The notes under the pieces were generated by a model. It saw nothing but the letters and a program-made list of their open reading frames with translations. It made no database searches and had not been told where the DNA came from. 64,000 nucleotides of DNA from Lama guanicoe (lineage: Eukaryota): NCBI GenBank assembly GCA_013239625.1, contig MU053881.1, positions 12,352,879 to 12,416,878 on the forward strand, written 5' to 3'. Numbering within the stretch: the first letter of the stretch is position 1; each line of letters opens with the position of its first letter. Of this stretch, positions 13,091-26,619 are shown in pieces. Made by a program: the position numbers and the translations under genes.

Positions 13091-14122
13091 AAGGAAATTC
13101 TTTGCAACTATATAAATTCCAAGGCATATATATTAAATGAAAAGAAAGTGCAGAAAAATATATACTGTGTTACTACTCTATGTAAATAAAGAGGGGCTGC
13201 TGAGAGTAAAAACACATGGACACTATGAGAGTGTATTCTTCTTTAGGTAGAATGCCTCTAGGAGGAACATGCCAGGGTCTATCTGACCTACACTGGTTTC
13301 TTCCACAGATGAGAAACAGGGAGCTAAAGAAAGAGGAAAGGATTTTTTACTCTGAGAATCTGACTTTTGTACTATATGAAATGAAGTAACTTTGACAAGA
13401 AACCAGAATGCCTCACTGGTTGCCAAAGACAAATGCCAGGCTGGCTGCCTTAGAAGCACTTGTGGGACATTTAAAAACTCCATCAGTAGGCATCAATTTC
13501 AGAAATTCTATTTCAGCGGGTCCAGGATAGGGCTCAGGTATCAGTAAAATTTCCCTAGTTAATAATAAAACAGCGTGGTGTGGGAACTGCTGCTTTAACC
13601 AAATCACCCAAATCTGATCCTTTCAAATTCTAAGTAAATTAGGAAATTAGGAACAAATACTTTTTGTCGAATGAGAGAATAAGATCATAATCTAGGGAAA
13701 GAATACTCCCCAAAGGACGTGGGAAAGTCTGACACCAGGATTTGCACTGAACTCTGATGGAAGCCTCATGTCACTGGTTGCTCTACCCTTCTGTTTCCTA
13801 AGGACCAAAAATATTGTTGAGACTAAGATAACCTGAATATTACTTAGGACAGAAAACACATTGAGATACTCTGCATTCTTCAAAAAGAACATTCTATGTA
13901 AATATTATTACAAGAGTACACAGTTACTTTTCATTAAAAAAAGAAATCAACAGGTTATCTGTAACATTCTAGACTTCAAGGGGTGGGTCCACCAGTGTTC
14001 ATTTTGCTATCTTAATACATACTAACTATAGTCTCTTGTACACATCAGATGTTACATGGTAAGAAGTTAATTTTTAAAGTAAAGTAACAAAATAACAGTT
14101 TAGACACCTGGCCCTTACATTT

Positions 14123-14249
14123 TTCTTGAGGTTTTTTTTTGGGGGGGTAATTAGATGAGTTACTTATTTTTTAATGGAGGTACTGGGGACTGAACTGAGG
14201 ACCTTGTGCATGCTAAGCATGTGCTCCACCACTGAGCTATACCCTCCCC
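14123..14249 (-). mobile_element. tRNA-derived SINE with exact 16-bp TSD
   Basis: TSD cctggcccttacattt at 14107-14122 and 14250-14265; reverse-complement SINE body between. Confidence 0.92.
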
Positions 14250-14319
14250 CCTGGCCCTTACATTTAAAAAAGAGAAGTAAATACAAGAAAACTCAGCATT
14301 ACCATGCCAGCAGTACATA

Positions 14320-14325
14320 TTTATT
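14320..14325 (-). terminator. MAT2B: Probable MAT2B polyadenylation signal AATAAA (3'UTR ~14300-15091)
   Basis: tttatt on + strand ~770 nt past the stop, followed on the minus strand by a GT/T-rich tract. Confidence 0.6.
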
Positions 14326-15091
14326 ATTACTCATGAATGGTCAAAAGACTTACAAGGCCCATTACTATTAGTATACCGCACATATGAAATATCACTTAAG
14401 TGACATGGAGTGAAAAGGACAGTTTTATATATATTTAAAAAATACATACACACATTCTCTCTCTCTCTCTCTCAAGTGCTCACCACACACCACTACAAAA
14501 GCAGGAGGCATCAAGCTGCAGGAGTTCCGATATACATAACACGTGGAAATATCTCAAGCATAAAAACTGCACTTACGTTTGCAAAAATAAAGTTTCTTTC
14601 TTCAAACATTTTGATCTGAGCTCAAGCAAATCAAACAATGAACACCAATGATTTTTTATACTATTTAACTCACTTTAAAAGGATCAACGGTTGCAAAAGT
14701 CCTGAAAATGTAGAGGTTATTTCTAGGAATGAACAATACATTTCATCCAAAAAAACAAAAACAAAAACAAAAACAAAGAGTCTACAGCAGATCTGTTTCA
14801 TCCTGGCTCTCCAGTATTTAAGAATCATAATTTACTATATTCAAACAGCAAATTAAGCCAGAACAAAATGATAAACAGAAAAATCGTTACTTCAAAAAAG
14901 GCAGTATTGCCCTTCGTTTCCTTAGACAATTTCACCAGTGCAAGAGCATCATTTACCTGAAAGATCATGAGTCACAATTAAAGAGCACTCATACAAAACT
15001 ATTTCCTTTTTTTCTTTAAAAAGTGCCACATACTATACTTCTCGTTAAAAAACAAAAAACAAAAACAAACAAAACCACCACCACACACACT

Positions 15092-15262
15092 CTAATGAAA
15101 GACCGTTTGTCTCCATCTCTTGTCAATGAGGAAAGGCCAGAGTGACTCTTTGATTCCAATTCGAAACGGTGTTCGCTGGCCAATGCCCAGGGTCTCCAAT
15201 TTGGAGCAGTCCAGCTGCGCATTTCTGGGACGCTGCGCTCCTAAGACAGGACTGTCAGTTAT
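15092..15262 (-). CDS. MAT2B: MAT2B last coding exon ([56 protein letters not shown])
   Basis: AG acceptor 15263-15264; TAG stop 15092-15094; recognisable MAT II beta C-terminus. Confidence 0.97.
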
Positions 15263-15634
15263 CTATGAAACAAGAACAGAATATCAAAACTAAGTGAAAA
15301 GCCACATGCTGAGGTTTATTTAGATTCTCTACTTCGCTTTGCCCTCTTGCCCTCGATGCAAGAAGTTGGATTTGATCCTTGGGAAAAATAAACAAAGTGT
15401 CTGCTACAGGCAAGACAATACTTTTTCTATAAACTTCAACAATACACAGGGCCTTCTTTTTACATGGTAATTTAGAGAAAAGTAACCAGACAAACTGCCA
15501 ACATACAAGCAAATTCACTTTGCTTGTACTGGAAAATGAAGTTATCCAACACTTCCACACAACAAGAATGTTATCAGTAATACATGCCATCGTGATGGAC
15601 GTAAGTAAGAAGGTTTTAAATGCCATGTACTTAC

Positions 15635-15748
15635 AGGTCGTAAGTGGCTGCTGGGGAGGTTGAAGGCGTCTGCAATGGCACACGCCATTTCATACTTAGT
15701 CATCTGTTCATTGCCAGACCAGTGAAAGGTTCCCTTAATTGATGGATC
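15635..15748 (-). CDS. MAT2B: MAT2B exon 6 ([38 protein letters not shown])
   Basis: 114 nt, AG/GTAAG, phase 0-0. Confidence 0.97.
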
Positions 15749-16617
15749 CTAACAAGGACACAGGAAACAAAAAACTCAAAATGCTTTCAAACTTTTTGAG
15801 TTGAGTGGAATGGCAGGTTTGACAAGAAAACTAACTTTAAAAGGTCCAGGAAATAAAATGTATCGCTCCTTTCTGGAATGCTCTACACAAGATATCTAAA
15901 ATCAAATTCCTAGAAATATCCTTAGTTAAACATGAAAAGCAATTTCTAGAATTTAGCCTTAAGAATTTTTTAAAATAAAAATGTAAGTGGCTCCAATTTT
16001 ATTTAGTGGCAATCCTAAAAATGCTTACAGAATTTTATGGAAACACAGGTCAATTTAATGAGTATTTTTAATTATCCTAAGAAGGTTAAGACTAAAACCA
16101 AACAGAACCATTTTTTCAAGATGAGTTAATTAGAAATAACACCCTTAAATACTTCCATAGTACATATTTAAAAAATACATACATTTTGATGTTTCAAAAA
16201 TTAGTCATACTACTAATATCCTAAAATAAATCAGTCTCTAATCTTTCTATGAACATTCTATTTAGCTCCAACTTTTTCAAATACTTAAAATATTCAAATA
16301 TCTTAAAAAATTACGAACTATTCTTAGAGTGGCTAAAATGATAAATTCCTCTGTAGATTCTTTTTTGCCATTACCTAGATCTTAAATAGACTAACTTCTT
16401 AAAAGACATTAGATTATTTTGTTACTTGAAGAAAAAACAATACAAGTTTTCAGTTATCTTCCAATAAAAAAATGATGGCAGATGGGGTCTACAATATTTG
16501 AGAAATAAAATCAAACACAAAAGCATACTATTTTTATTATTTATGAGTAACAACCTTCTGTCTGAACTACTTTTGTTTGGTCTCCGCGTGGTTTTAAAGA
16601 AGCACTTAGATTCTCAC

Positions 16618-16811
16618 CAGCATCCTCTTCTCTGCTAGCTGCCGACACACCGTGGCTACATCTCTGACGTGTGTGGGGAACCGCTGCTGCCAGTGGTCCA
16701 TGTTGGCCGACTTGTTGCTGAACTGCACTTTATCAAACATAACCGTCACGGCACTTTCTTCAAGCTTTTCAACTTCTCCGTACAGAACAGGAATTCTCAA
16801 AACGGCGGCTC
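16618..16811 (-). CDS. MAT2B: MAT2B exon 5 ([21 protein letters not shown]...QLAEKRML)
   Basis: 194 nt, AG/GTGAG; overlaps ORF 16606-16800. Confidence 0.97.
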
Positions 16812-17130
16812 CTAGAGATTAATAAAAGCAGATAATATTTTAAAGCTGATTAGTTCTGAAGTCTCGATGTAAGATCAAGGTACATGGATGTAAACAGCAT
16901 CCTAGCAGAAAACTTGCATTGCACCAAAATGACACAGCTCACCTGTAATAATGCCTATTCAACAAATGTGATCCTGAATACTTTTAAATGTCTGTCATTT
17001 GAGGTATTCTTGTCATCATATTGATTGTACATTTCTTCATTATTATGGCCGCTAAAAATAAAACTGATCATGATAACTAAATGCAACAAGTGATCACTGA
17101 CTGTATCCTAGATTAGAAAATTAAAATGCG

Positions 17131-17245
17131 TGAAAAATATGAAAACGAATATATGTGTGTTCCTTTATGACTGAAGCACTGTGCTGTACACCGGAAACTG
17201 ACACAACATTGTAAACTGACCATACTTCCATAAAAATATATTTTA
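17131..17245 (+). mobile_element. Short 5'-truncated lineage-specific L1 3' end nested in an older L1MC fragment
   Basis: 'tgtgctgtacaccggaaactgacacaacattgtaaactgaccatacttc' is shared with copies at 20862-21138, 21860-22024 and 53035-53155. Confidence 0.75.
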
Positions 17246-17662
17246 AAAAATGCAATAAAGGACATTATTGGGACAACTGGGAAAATTCCTATATGGACTA
17301 TGTATTGTATTAATGTTAAATTTCCTGAATGTGGTAACTGCACTGTAATTACGTGAAGAACATCTTTGTTAGAAAATAACATGGTGAAGTATTTTGGGGT
17401 GAAATTCAACTAATTCTCTATGAGTTCTGGAAGAAAAAAAAATGTATGTATAAAACCCGTGTTAAAACATAACTGGTGAATCTGTGTAAAGCGCATATGA
17501 AGGTTCACCACATAGTTCTTGAAACCACTGATGAAGGAATTATGAAGTATTTAGATTTTATTTTGGTCAATACTGAGAGGTTACAACAGATTAGACAATT
17601 ATCAGTTTAATCGAAATTCAACAAGAGCTTTTAAATTAAATTGACTTATCAGACAAGTGTAT

Positions 17663-18555
17663 AAGGTAACTTTTGAACAACATGGGTTTGAACTGTGTGG
17701 GTCCACCTGTATGCAGATTTTTTTCAATAAATACACACACGTATACACGTAGAAAACACCACGCACAAGACTTGTACAGAAGTGGACAGCCTATCTTTAC
17801 AGGGGCATAAGGTGAGTGACATTTAATATAAAATAATGTGCTCGTTTTCATATTGTTCTATTGTTTTCAGACAATGACATGACCATACAGTATGTCTCTC
17901 TTCTCTCCTGTAATTGGAGAAACTGCCTATCAGCCTATTGTCACAGGTAAGTGGTTTAAAAAAAAAAAAGTAATAGCGTTCCCAATACTGTATTACGAAT
18001 GTAACTATAATACTGCGCGCCATAATAATTGTGTAACGATTCATCAGTGTATAGGCGAGGCTACTGTGAAGCGATCAGATCAATTACACCAGGCTACCAA
18101 GAAGCAACCGTATCACTGCTTCGTATCATTACACCTTTAACTAAGCATGAATTCCTTCTCACATTATCTTGTCATTTCTGAAGTCTAGAGTTAGTAATAT
18201 GAGTAACACCTACAGTGTTTTGTATCATCAGACAGCACTGATGTAGTCACTGATGGACACTTCATCTTGTAAGTAGGCAATGTAAATGTACGGTAGCGAC
18301 ACGGTACAATACTGAATGTATTTTCTCTTACGGTTTTCTTAATATTTTCTTCTCTCTAGTTTACTTGAAGAATAGCATATAATACATAGGGCACACAAAC
18401 TGTGTTAATGGACTGTTCATGCTGTAGGTAAGAAAGACTTCAATCGAGAGCAGGCTACTAGTAATTAAGTCTTTGCGGAGCAAAAAGTTATCCGTAAATT
18501 TCTGACTGAGGGAGGGTCGGAAACCTTGACGCCTGCGTTGGTCAAGAGTCAGCCA
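17663..18555. mobile_element. Tigger2-family (Tc1/mariner) non-autonomous DNA transposon
   Basis: Left end 'ttgaacaacatgggtttgaactgtgtgggtccac' and right end 'gcgttggtcaagagtcagcca-ta' are degenerate terminal inverted repeats matching the recalled Tigger2 ends. Confidence 0.75.
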
Positions 18556-19348
18556 TATGTTGATATGTATTCAAGGAAGGTTTCTGAAGGATAATTTGTA
18601 ACACAAAAAACTCCAGCTAAACGTGTGTTAGTATGGTTATGTGTACGAGGGGTGCTTCTCAGGATGCAGACAATGTAAGGCAGCAATGCAGGGGCTCGTT
18701 ACATCAAGTATCACACAGCCACTGATACGGTATCTCAGAGCTGGCTCCGTATGCTGGCTGAGATGCACATATGTTGGGGGAGAAAAACCAGCTTACAAAC
18801 AACATGCGCACATTTTAAAATTCACAAAAAAATACTTCCATACATAACCACGTGCGGTGCTTCTCTCTTCGAGGGAGCATTATTAAGAGGACTCTTCACC
18901 ATTCTAAATTTTTTTCTCATTTTTTTTTCAAATAGGGTATATTCTTTATTATCAGCACATTTACATATGTCTACATATACAGACACACGTAAGAAAAAAA
19001 GAAAAACCATACAGATAACAGAATACCTCAATGTAAGAAAAATGATACTGACCTGTTTTTCAAAAGATTACAAAAATTTGTTCCATATGATTTGTTTTCT
19101 ATCTACAATGATATTCATATATACACTGATACTGGGAAAAGTCTGGAAGGATTCATAAAGTCTTCAGGATTTCTAAAACTCTTTTTTTTCTTTTGTACTA
19201 ACTACATTCTCTAGTTTTTCTCCAATGATTTATGTTCCTTGACTGATTTTTTTAAAAACTAAAAACATATCTCTGTATATATATCTATATATCGTACACA
19301 GAAAGGAATCCTTAAAAAAAGTCAAGGGGCTAAAGAGACGTGTCTTAC

Positions 19349-19501
19349 CTAAATTGTTTTCCAGGACGGCCTTTTCTCCCTCTAACTTGGTTTTGCCGTA
19401 CAGATTTAGGGGACTTGGTATGTCTTCCTCTCTATAAGGTGGGTTTGTTCCATCAAAAACATAATCAGAGCTAATATAGATTAGAAATGCTCCAATTGCA
19501 G
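19349..19501 (-). CDS. MAT2B: MAT2B exon 4 ([50 protein letters not shown]); SDR YxxxK motif
   Basis: 153 nt, AG/GTAAG, phase 1-1. Confidence 0.97.
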
Positions 19502-19687
19502 CTACAAAAAAAGACAGAAAATAATCTATTAAATTACTACATGACATTACTCTTTACTGGAATTTGTAACAGCTTATTCATCTTATATAACAACAGATCT
19601 CTCATAAGTGACCTACAATAGTTTCATCTTCATGAACTTAGTCATCACTTAATATTTTATGAAGATTTTATATAAAGTCATCAATAC

Positions 19688-19802
19688 CTGCTTCCTTTGC
19701 TAAATTCCCAGAAGCATCCACATTAAGTTGAGAAGCAGCATCTGGTTGATTTTCCACAACATCTGGCCTTCTCTCTGCTGCACAATGTACTATGACGTGG
19801 GG
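19688..19802 (-). CDS. MAT2B: MAT2B exon 3 ([38 protein letters not shown])
   Basis: 115 nt, CAG/GTATT; hand-translated, absent from ORF track. Confidence 0.97.
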
Positions 19803-20861
19803 CTGGAAGTTAAGCATTGGTGTTATTTTTAACCCAAAAAAGAAATAAAACAGAAGAACTATAGCTTTCCAAAGGTAAATTAAATCACAGATAAATGTTT
19901 ATTAAATCAACATTCCTTCAACTAAATCACTGTAACTTCTAATGTAGGTTTGTCACACTTCCCCTTTTCCAAGGTTCAAACTTCCTTAAAGATATATATA
20001 GACCCTGAAAAGGAAAGAGCAACTTAGCAGGCAACATCAGACAAAACTGTGTCAACAACTATACTTCTAAATTAAACTTTGTCTCATAATCTGGATGGGA
20101 GGGAAGAGCTATAATGTATGTAATTAATGTGGCCTAAATATTAAATAAATCTTTGATAAACAGAGAGGAATATCGATTGCAAATTAGATTCATGAATTCA
20201 AATCTCTTAGATCATTTAAAGAAAATTAGCCATCCATAAAAACTATATTCCCAGCTGAGTATTTAGTATCCCACCTTTATACTAAGAACTACGCAAGGAC
20301 CAAGGACTTCACAATATAATGGAAAAGACAGGTATGTTACGAAACTGTTTCAATATCACATGACAGAAGTCAAGACAGAGGAACACAGAGGGTCCTCTGT
20401 AGAGAAGGAGGCACCTACTTCCCAGGGGAGCTGAGTCAGAGGAAAGATTTGGGAAGACCAGTGACAGGCAGGGCTAGTGTCCCACATATCCCACTTCCTC
20501 CTTCTCCCAACTGCCTGAGGAAGCATGGTCTCAAACTTGTTTTCAAACTTAAATGGGTGTTAAGGTGGGTTGCTTCTTAAAAGGCACTCACTGAATTAAA
20601 ATCTCTGTGAGTGAAACCTAAGAACAAGTTTCCCACGTGATTCTGATGCAGGTGTTGCTGGATCACATTTTTAGAGAGAACTTAAACTCCCAGTTTGATC
20701 AGAAGTGGACTAGCACCTAAACTTTTTTTTTTAACCTTTTCTCTGACCAAGGCCAACAAGCTATTTAAACTCTCTGAGCCTTTGTGAGCTCTAAAACAGA
20801 AATGATAATTTCTGTTTTGCAGTGTTGTAAGGTTTACAGATAATATTAAAAAAGCATCTGC

Positions 20862-21138
20862 TGAACTTATTTACAAAACAGAAACAGACTCACAGACATA
20901 GAAAACCTACTTATGGTTACCGGGGGGAGGGGGTGGTAAATTGGGAGTTCGAGAGTTGCAGATACTATTAGACATAAAATAAACAAGTTTCTACTATACA
21001 GCATAGGGAACTATATTCAGTATCTTGTAGTAATCTATAATGAAAAAGAATATGAAAACGAATACATGTATGTATAACTGAAACATTATGTTGTATACCA
21101 AAATTGGCACAACATTGTAAACTGACTGTATTTCAATT
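20862..21138 (+). mobile_element. Lineage-specific L1 3' fragment with TSD
   Basis: TSD aaaaaagcatctgc (20848-20861) / aaaaaagcatttgc (21139-21152); 'gaacttatttacaaaacagaaacagactcacagacatagaaaac' is an L1 3'UTR motif. Confidence 0.85.
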
Positions 21139-21459
21139 AAAAAAGCATTTGCGTTGAACGCACTTAGGAAAGTACTTCATAAACAGAAACATAACTTTAC
21201 TACATAAACTACATAAACATAAGCTTTTTATAAAATGTTTCATTTTCTGTCATTTGTCAACCTATGTTTCAACCTAATCTTAAGAATGGCATATACTTTG
21301 TCATGCTTAAAAAAAAGAAAAGCACATTAAAAAAAAGAAAGTTACGTATTACTACTGCTTAGTAAAGTCAGAGCTTAAGTACGGTAACTTCCTAGAGAAC
21401 ATCCTTTTATCATCCAGACAACTCTTAATCGTTTACTTATGTGTTAAAACAAACCATAC

Positions 21460-21654
21460 CTGAAAATCGTAAATGATGTGATGAACTGCATTAGAATCCA
21501 AGAGATTAACCTGCTCAAATTTTGGTCTAGCTCTCCTAAAACCACAGCCAACGGCATGCCAATTATTCTGCTGAAATTCTTTGTACACGGCTCTTCCCAG
21601 AAGCCCGGTGGCACCAGTAACCAGAACCCGCCTGTTGGGAATGTTAACTTCCTC
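21460..21654 (-). CDS. MAT2B: MAT2B exon 2 ([27 protein letters not shown]...HHIIYDFQ); Rossmann GxxGxxG motif
   Basis: 195 nt, TAG/GTATG, phase 0-0. Confidence 0.97.
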
Positions 21655-21859
21655 CTAAAAGGTGAAGGAGAGGAAAAGGATTACTTACTTTGAAAATATT
21701 CTCTCAACGAAAGGAGCCACCATCATCATTGACTAAATGTCAAGACTACAGGTCTAAATTGTCTGCTTCCTGTCCCATTATCTGCCCCAATCCTTAAGTT
21801 AGGACAAAGATTAATCAAACAACACCAGTAAGCACATCAGTTAAGAAAAAGTATTAATA

Positions 21860-22024
21860 GTAGCTCACAGAGAAAAAAATGTGACAATGAATATATATAT
21901 GTCCATGTATAACTGAAAAATTGTGCTCTACACTGGAATTGACACAACATTGTAAAATTATTATAAATCAATAAAAAATGGTAAAAAAATAAAAGAACAC
22001 ACAAAAGAGAAAAAGAAAAAAGAG
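21860..22024 (+). mobile_element. Short L1 3' end with A-rich tail and TSD
   Basis: aaaaagtattaata on both sides; body homologous to the other L1 3' copies. Confidence 0.8.
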
Positions 22025-25000
22025 AAAAAGTATTAATAATCTTACTCATAAAAAAGAACCCAAGATAATACTGCAAGGTATTACCTAGTCAAATATTCAG
22101 GTTTCCTGTGTTAGTAATAGAAAATCTTATTTTTACGATCAATGATGTCCAAATGAACAATGAACAGCAATTTTAATTATGTGGGTTCTGCTTATAAAAA
22201 TGCACAATTAGTTTTAAGGAAACTTATTTTATGGCCTGATTAAATAGATGGGTTATATTCTGCCAAAGTATTTACAGGTGAACATTTTTGGTCTTCAGCT
22301 TTTATTCCCAAGTTTTCTTTCAAATCCTAATGTTTTTATATTCTGAAAGATCCAAATTAGAGAATTCACATTTCACAGGCATTTCTGTAGAGGAAAAATA
22401 AATTCGGTCCTTTTAGCATTAATATTCTAAGTTTAACCAAACTAGCAAATATTCCTGTGTTAACTCTAAATTTACCTATAGAATCCAGATAAAAGTAACA
22501 AAGACAGAGAGAGGATAAGGAAAAAATAAATATAAACTGATTGTATTACTATTGTTAAAAAGGGAAAATTCTTCACACACAAATTAAAAGTAACTACTAT
22601 TTAGCAAACAATTTAAGTACTATGTTTCCAAGGCAAAGCTTCAAAATTTCCCCTTCCTAAAAAAAAACAAAAAAACTTTCCCTTCTTCCCAAGACAGATA
22701 ACACCAAAAATTTCCTCATAAACTCTAGAATTCAGTCAACATTTGCTATTAAAAAACAACAGAAAGTTTTATTAAATTTTATCAACTTGAGGCCTTTTTA
22801 TTTCCAACACTGTTATAGTCACCTAACTCTAGACTGTTAAAAACTTCAAATATGCACATAATAACCAAAGACCTCTCTAGCTCTTAATTCAGCTAAGTAA
22901 CTTAGCAGACTATACACTTAAAAAGAAAAAAGTCCACCCAAATCAGGTATTTTTATCTATAGAAAAACCCTGAAATGAAAGGGCTGACAGAGACAGTATA
23001 AAGGTAAATTCTTAAAGGTATTTTTTTTCCTTGCTTCAATCAATTTCAAGACATTTTAAAAACTGAAGAAAAATTCATTAGGCTCTCGGTCGCAAAACTT
23101 GGCTCTAAGCCAACTGATCTGTGAAAACAAGGATTTCAGCCAGTAAAATATTTTCTTTGAATTCTGGCAAGGAAACAGCTCTACAAAGACTGTAATTGTA
23201 AAGAGGTTAAAACATGCCAACTCTAGCAGAGATATAATCAGAAAACAATTTATTCAGGATAAATACTGTAAAGATCCCTGGGAAAAATACTATAAAAGAG
23301 CTATGATCTGATTTTTCTGAGTTTCTCAACTCTAGTTCACTCTAAGAGATGGTAGCTTTTCGATCAGTGGTTCACGGGCCTCATCCAGTGGGGATCAGAA
23401 TCACCTGGGAGGCTTTCAGACCCAGCACACCTGAGATGAGGCTGGATAAGCTGCAGTAAGTTTCCAGGTGGGGCTGACGGTGGTGATTCGGGAACTGCAC
23501 TTTGAAAACTGTAATTCTGAACTCCAGCAAAGTCCAAGGTACCCCCAAAGATAAACTGCTCTTATTCAAACAAACCAAAAAACTGCCATCTATCTTTCTA
23601 GAAGCGACAACATCTTTCCTTTTTTCCCCTGTAAAAAGGAAGACTAGAAAAAGAAGTCAAAGAATAAGCATCATGCTTGTAGTAACCACAAAGTTTACTA
23701 AATCGTAATATAATACTTCTGTGTACTTCACTGATTCGGTAAAGCACATTTTTTCCTCATTTATCATCTCTGTTAAATGAATGAAATAAAGATACACCTT
23801 ATAAATGTTGCAGTTTGGCAGTGTTTTTTGCTTTTTAGTGCATCTTAAACTAAGAGACCAGGTAATTTTATTGAATTCAAGAGCATCTTACAGCTGATGA
23901 AATATAGTATTATGTTACAAGCACAGCTTAAAGGAATATAATACATTTAACTTTCCAAAAGGTTGGCAATTGTGTAAAGAAATACAACCTTACATCCTTA
24001 TACCCTGAGATAATATGTAAGGTCCCTAGAAGAAAATATGAAACAGTCCATGCTTCCTAGTGGTCAGATGTCAGTGGTCAAGAATTTTCAATATTAAAAG
24101 AACGAAGATGTGAAGTGCAAGCGTTTTCTGAAACAGAAATGCTTCTGCACAATTTCGTATTTCAATGTGTTATATAAACCCACATCATACCTTTCGACCA
24201 TAAGAATAGTCTTACTAGACAGGCAGGGCAGATATTACTTCCATAGTGAGAAATCTTAAGTCCACAGATGTTAAAGGTTTTACCCACTGTAAAAGGGAAA
24301 AAGCTGGGACCAGAACTTGGGTCTTCTTGCTTCTACCATCCAGCCAAATATATACTGTTTTGTCTCTATTTGTTTCATGACAATTAAATTTAATCTGCTG
24401 TGTCACAAACCGTGGCCCTGAGAAGTTACTCCATCTCTACTGATTTAACTCCTCACTCCTGAAATGAGGCATCTGGACAAGATGACTAAGGCTCTTCCAG
24501 TTTTCCAGTCCTATAATTCTAAACTTTTCTGTATTAGCCTTACCGCAGAGGGATCTGAATACAGTGAAAGAAGCTTCATTTACTTAAAGTAACTTTTCCT
24601 CTTTTCACATAGGTCTCTCTAGAGACTCAATGAGCACTTTCTATCACCAGTATAGGAGCCAAAACAAGATGTTTTCATTTGCACTGCAAGTTTATTGGTG
24701 GTTGGCGAAGAAAATATGCATCGCTCTGAAATTAAAAGAGGTCAAACAAAAATACCTCTTCTATTTTTGACTTCCTATAAACAGAACTCTACCTGAAGCT
24801 TCCTAAAGCACAGTTCTGATTTATTTTCTTTTTGAAAAGTGGAAAATATTCCTCTAAAAATTACTTTGGACCATTACTCTATAAATTACTCCTGGAAAAC
24901 ACAGGAATGTCCAAACACCTCAAGGAACTCTGAATGGAAGAATAACAAGCTGTTCATTTAACCCAAAGCACAATAAAGAGTTGAAAATATTTTGTTTGCC

Positions 25001-25803
25001 TGAAAAGTCTATTTCTCAATTTTCATTCTTATGGATCAAGAATTCCAAACATCACTTTAAGCTGCTCTGAGCATATTTGCCTCTTAACATATAAACTCTT
25101 AGATGTACAGAATTCAGTAACTTCAGATGACCAGATTTATAGACACCAAAAAAAAAAAGAAAATCCTAGAAAAATTAAATACATATAAACAAATGAAGAG
25201 CTGCAGCTCTTATTTGTCCTATCTAATCAAATGATGCCAAGTTGTACAGGCAATGGGAGATAAGTGGCTCTTTTAAAGTGGTCCAAAACAGTACTCTGAG
25301 ACAGCGGTTTCTACTTTAGCACACTTGGATTAACTTGTACTAAAAATGTCCTGGAGAAATAACACCTTGTAACTGACTATACTTCAATTTTTAAAAAAGT
25401 CCTAGAAAAAGTCAAGAGTTGAAAGATCATGAATATCTAAAGTGGGTTCTTCTTACACTTTAGTGGTAAATATAATAATGCTTTGCTATTTTTAGAACCT
25501 CTTAATTTTGGCAAAGTTTCACAATCATTTCTTTATTTGATTCTCACAACATTCCCCTTGAGGCAGATCTCTGAGTAGACACTCCCGAACTTAAGAAACT
25601 TTTTAAAGACACCTAAGTGGCATTGGTCTAACTCCTACTGTCACCCCAATGTAGCCCACAGCCAGTATTATGAACAGAAGCCACTACAGTCTATTTCTCT
25701 AATATAAACTATAAGACAATCCTCATTCTCACAAGTGAGTTTTAATTCTACAAGTTTTGAGAGCAGCAAATATGTGCCAAGCTTTTGGCTGTACAATTTT
25801 AAC

Positions 25804-25843
25804 GAAGGAAAACCCATTTTCATGAAGGAAAACCCATTTTCAT
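25804..25843. repeat. Perfect 20-bp tandem duplication gaaggaaaacccattttcat x2
   Basis: Read directly. Confidence 0.95.
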
Positions 25844-26619
25844 TTAGTCTCCTGAGCGCCTATTGTGAAAATTAAGTTTTATACACATACATATATATGC
25901 ACATAAGCACAAATATAAACAAACAATACGTCACGTTATGTACTCAGCATTCGTTGCAGTACAGGAATATACAGGTTTGAACGGCTCATCTGGCCTAACT
26001 TTACCCCCCAAATCCCAAAGTGATCTGAAAACACTAAATGTGCTACATTTTGGAGACATAAAAATTTTGCATTATCAAAAATAGCCATCACCTATATCCT
26101 CTCTTTTATCCACAAGACATATCGACCTGGGCATTAACGTTCTTATTTCCAGGGCCAGATATATTCTGTGGATTGATGAATGCTGGGGGTCCTGGAATGA
26201 AATAGAGAAGACAATTGGGGCTCTAGAAAAACAAGTAATAGCATTCCTTTATGCAACCTGGTTCAATGCCTGGGACAGTCCAATAGACCCGTAGCTGAAT
26301 TCCGGCTGCAACCTTACTGAATCAACTTGGGCCAAGCACTCGCCCTCTAAACTTCAATTTTCTTATCTGCAAAATGAAGCAAAAACACTATCCCACAGTT
26401 ATGAGGATTAACGTAAATAATGCACGTAAAGCGCTTAACATAGTCCCGCGTATAAACTAAGAGTTCGATAAGTTTTCAACTCCAGCCCTGTTATTTCTGA
26501 AGAGCCACCTGGCCCCTTCTTTCCCAGAGATACGAACTCTTGCGATTGAGGTATTCGAACAAAGGATGAAAAATAAATTAATAAAGCATCAAAACTGAAA
26601 CAGTTCTGAAAAACCCTCT

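Noticed and set aside
285..14000. Short ORFs in the intergenic region as genes
   Set aside because: All are 105 aa or less, many lie in repeats, and none shows a recognisable domain or a consistent splice chain.
14455..15090. (CT)n and (AAAAAC)n tracts in the MAT2B 3'UTR
   Set aside because: Ordinary short microsatellites with no further structure.
15255..15683. 142-aa minus-strand ORF
   Set aside because: Alternate frame of exon 6 running through intron 6; no recognisable protein.
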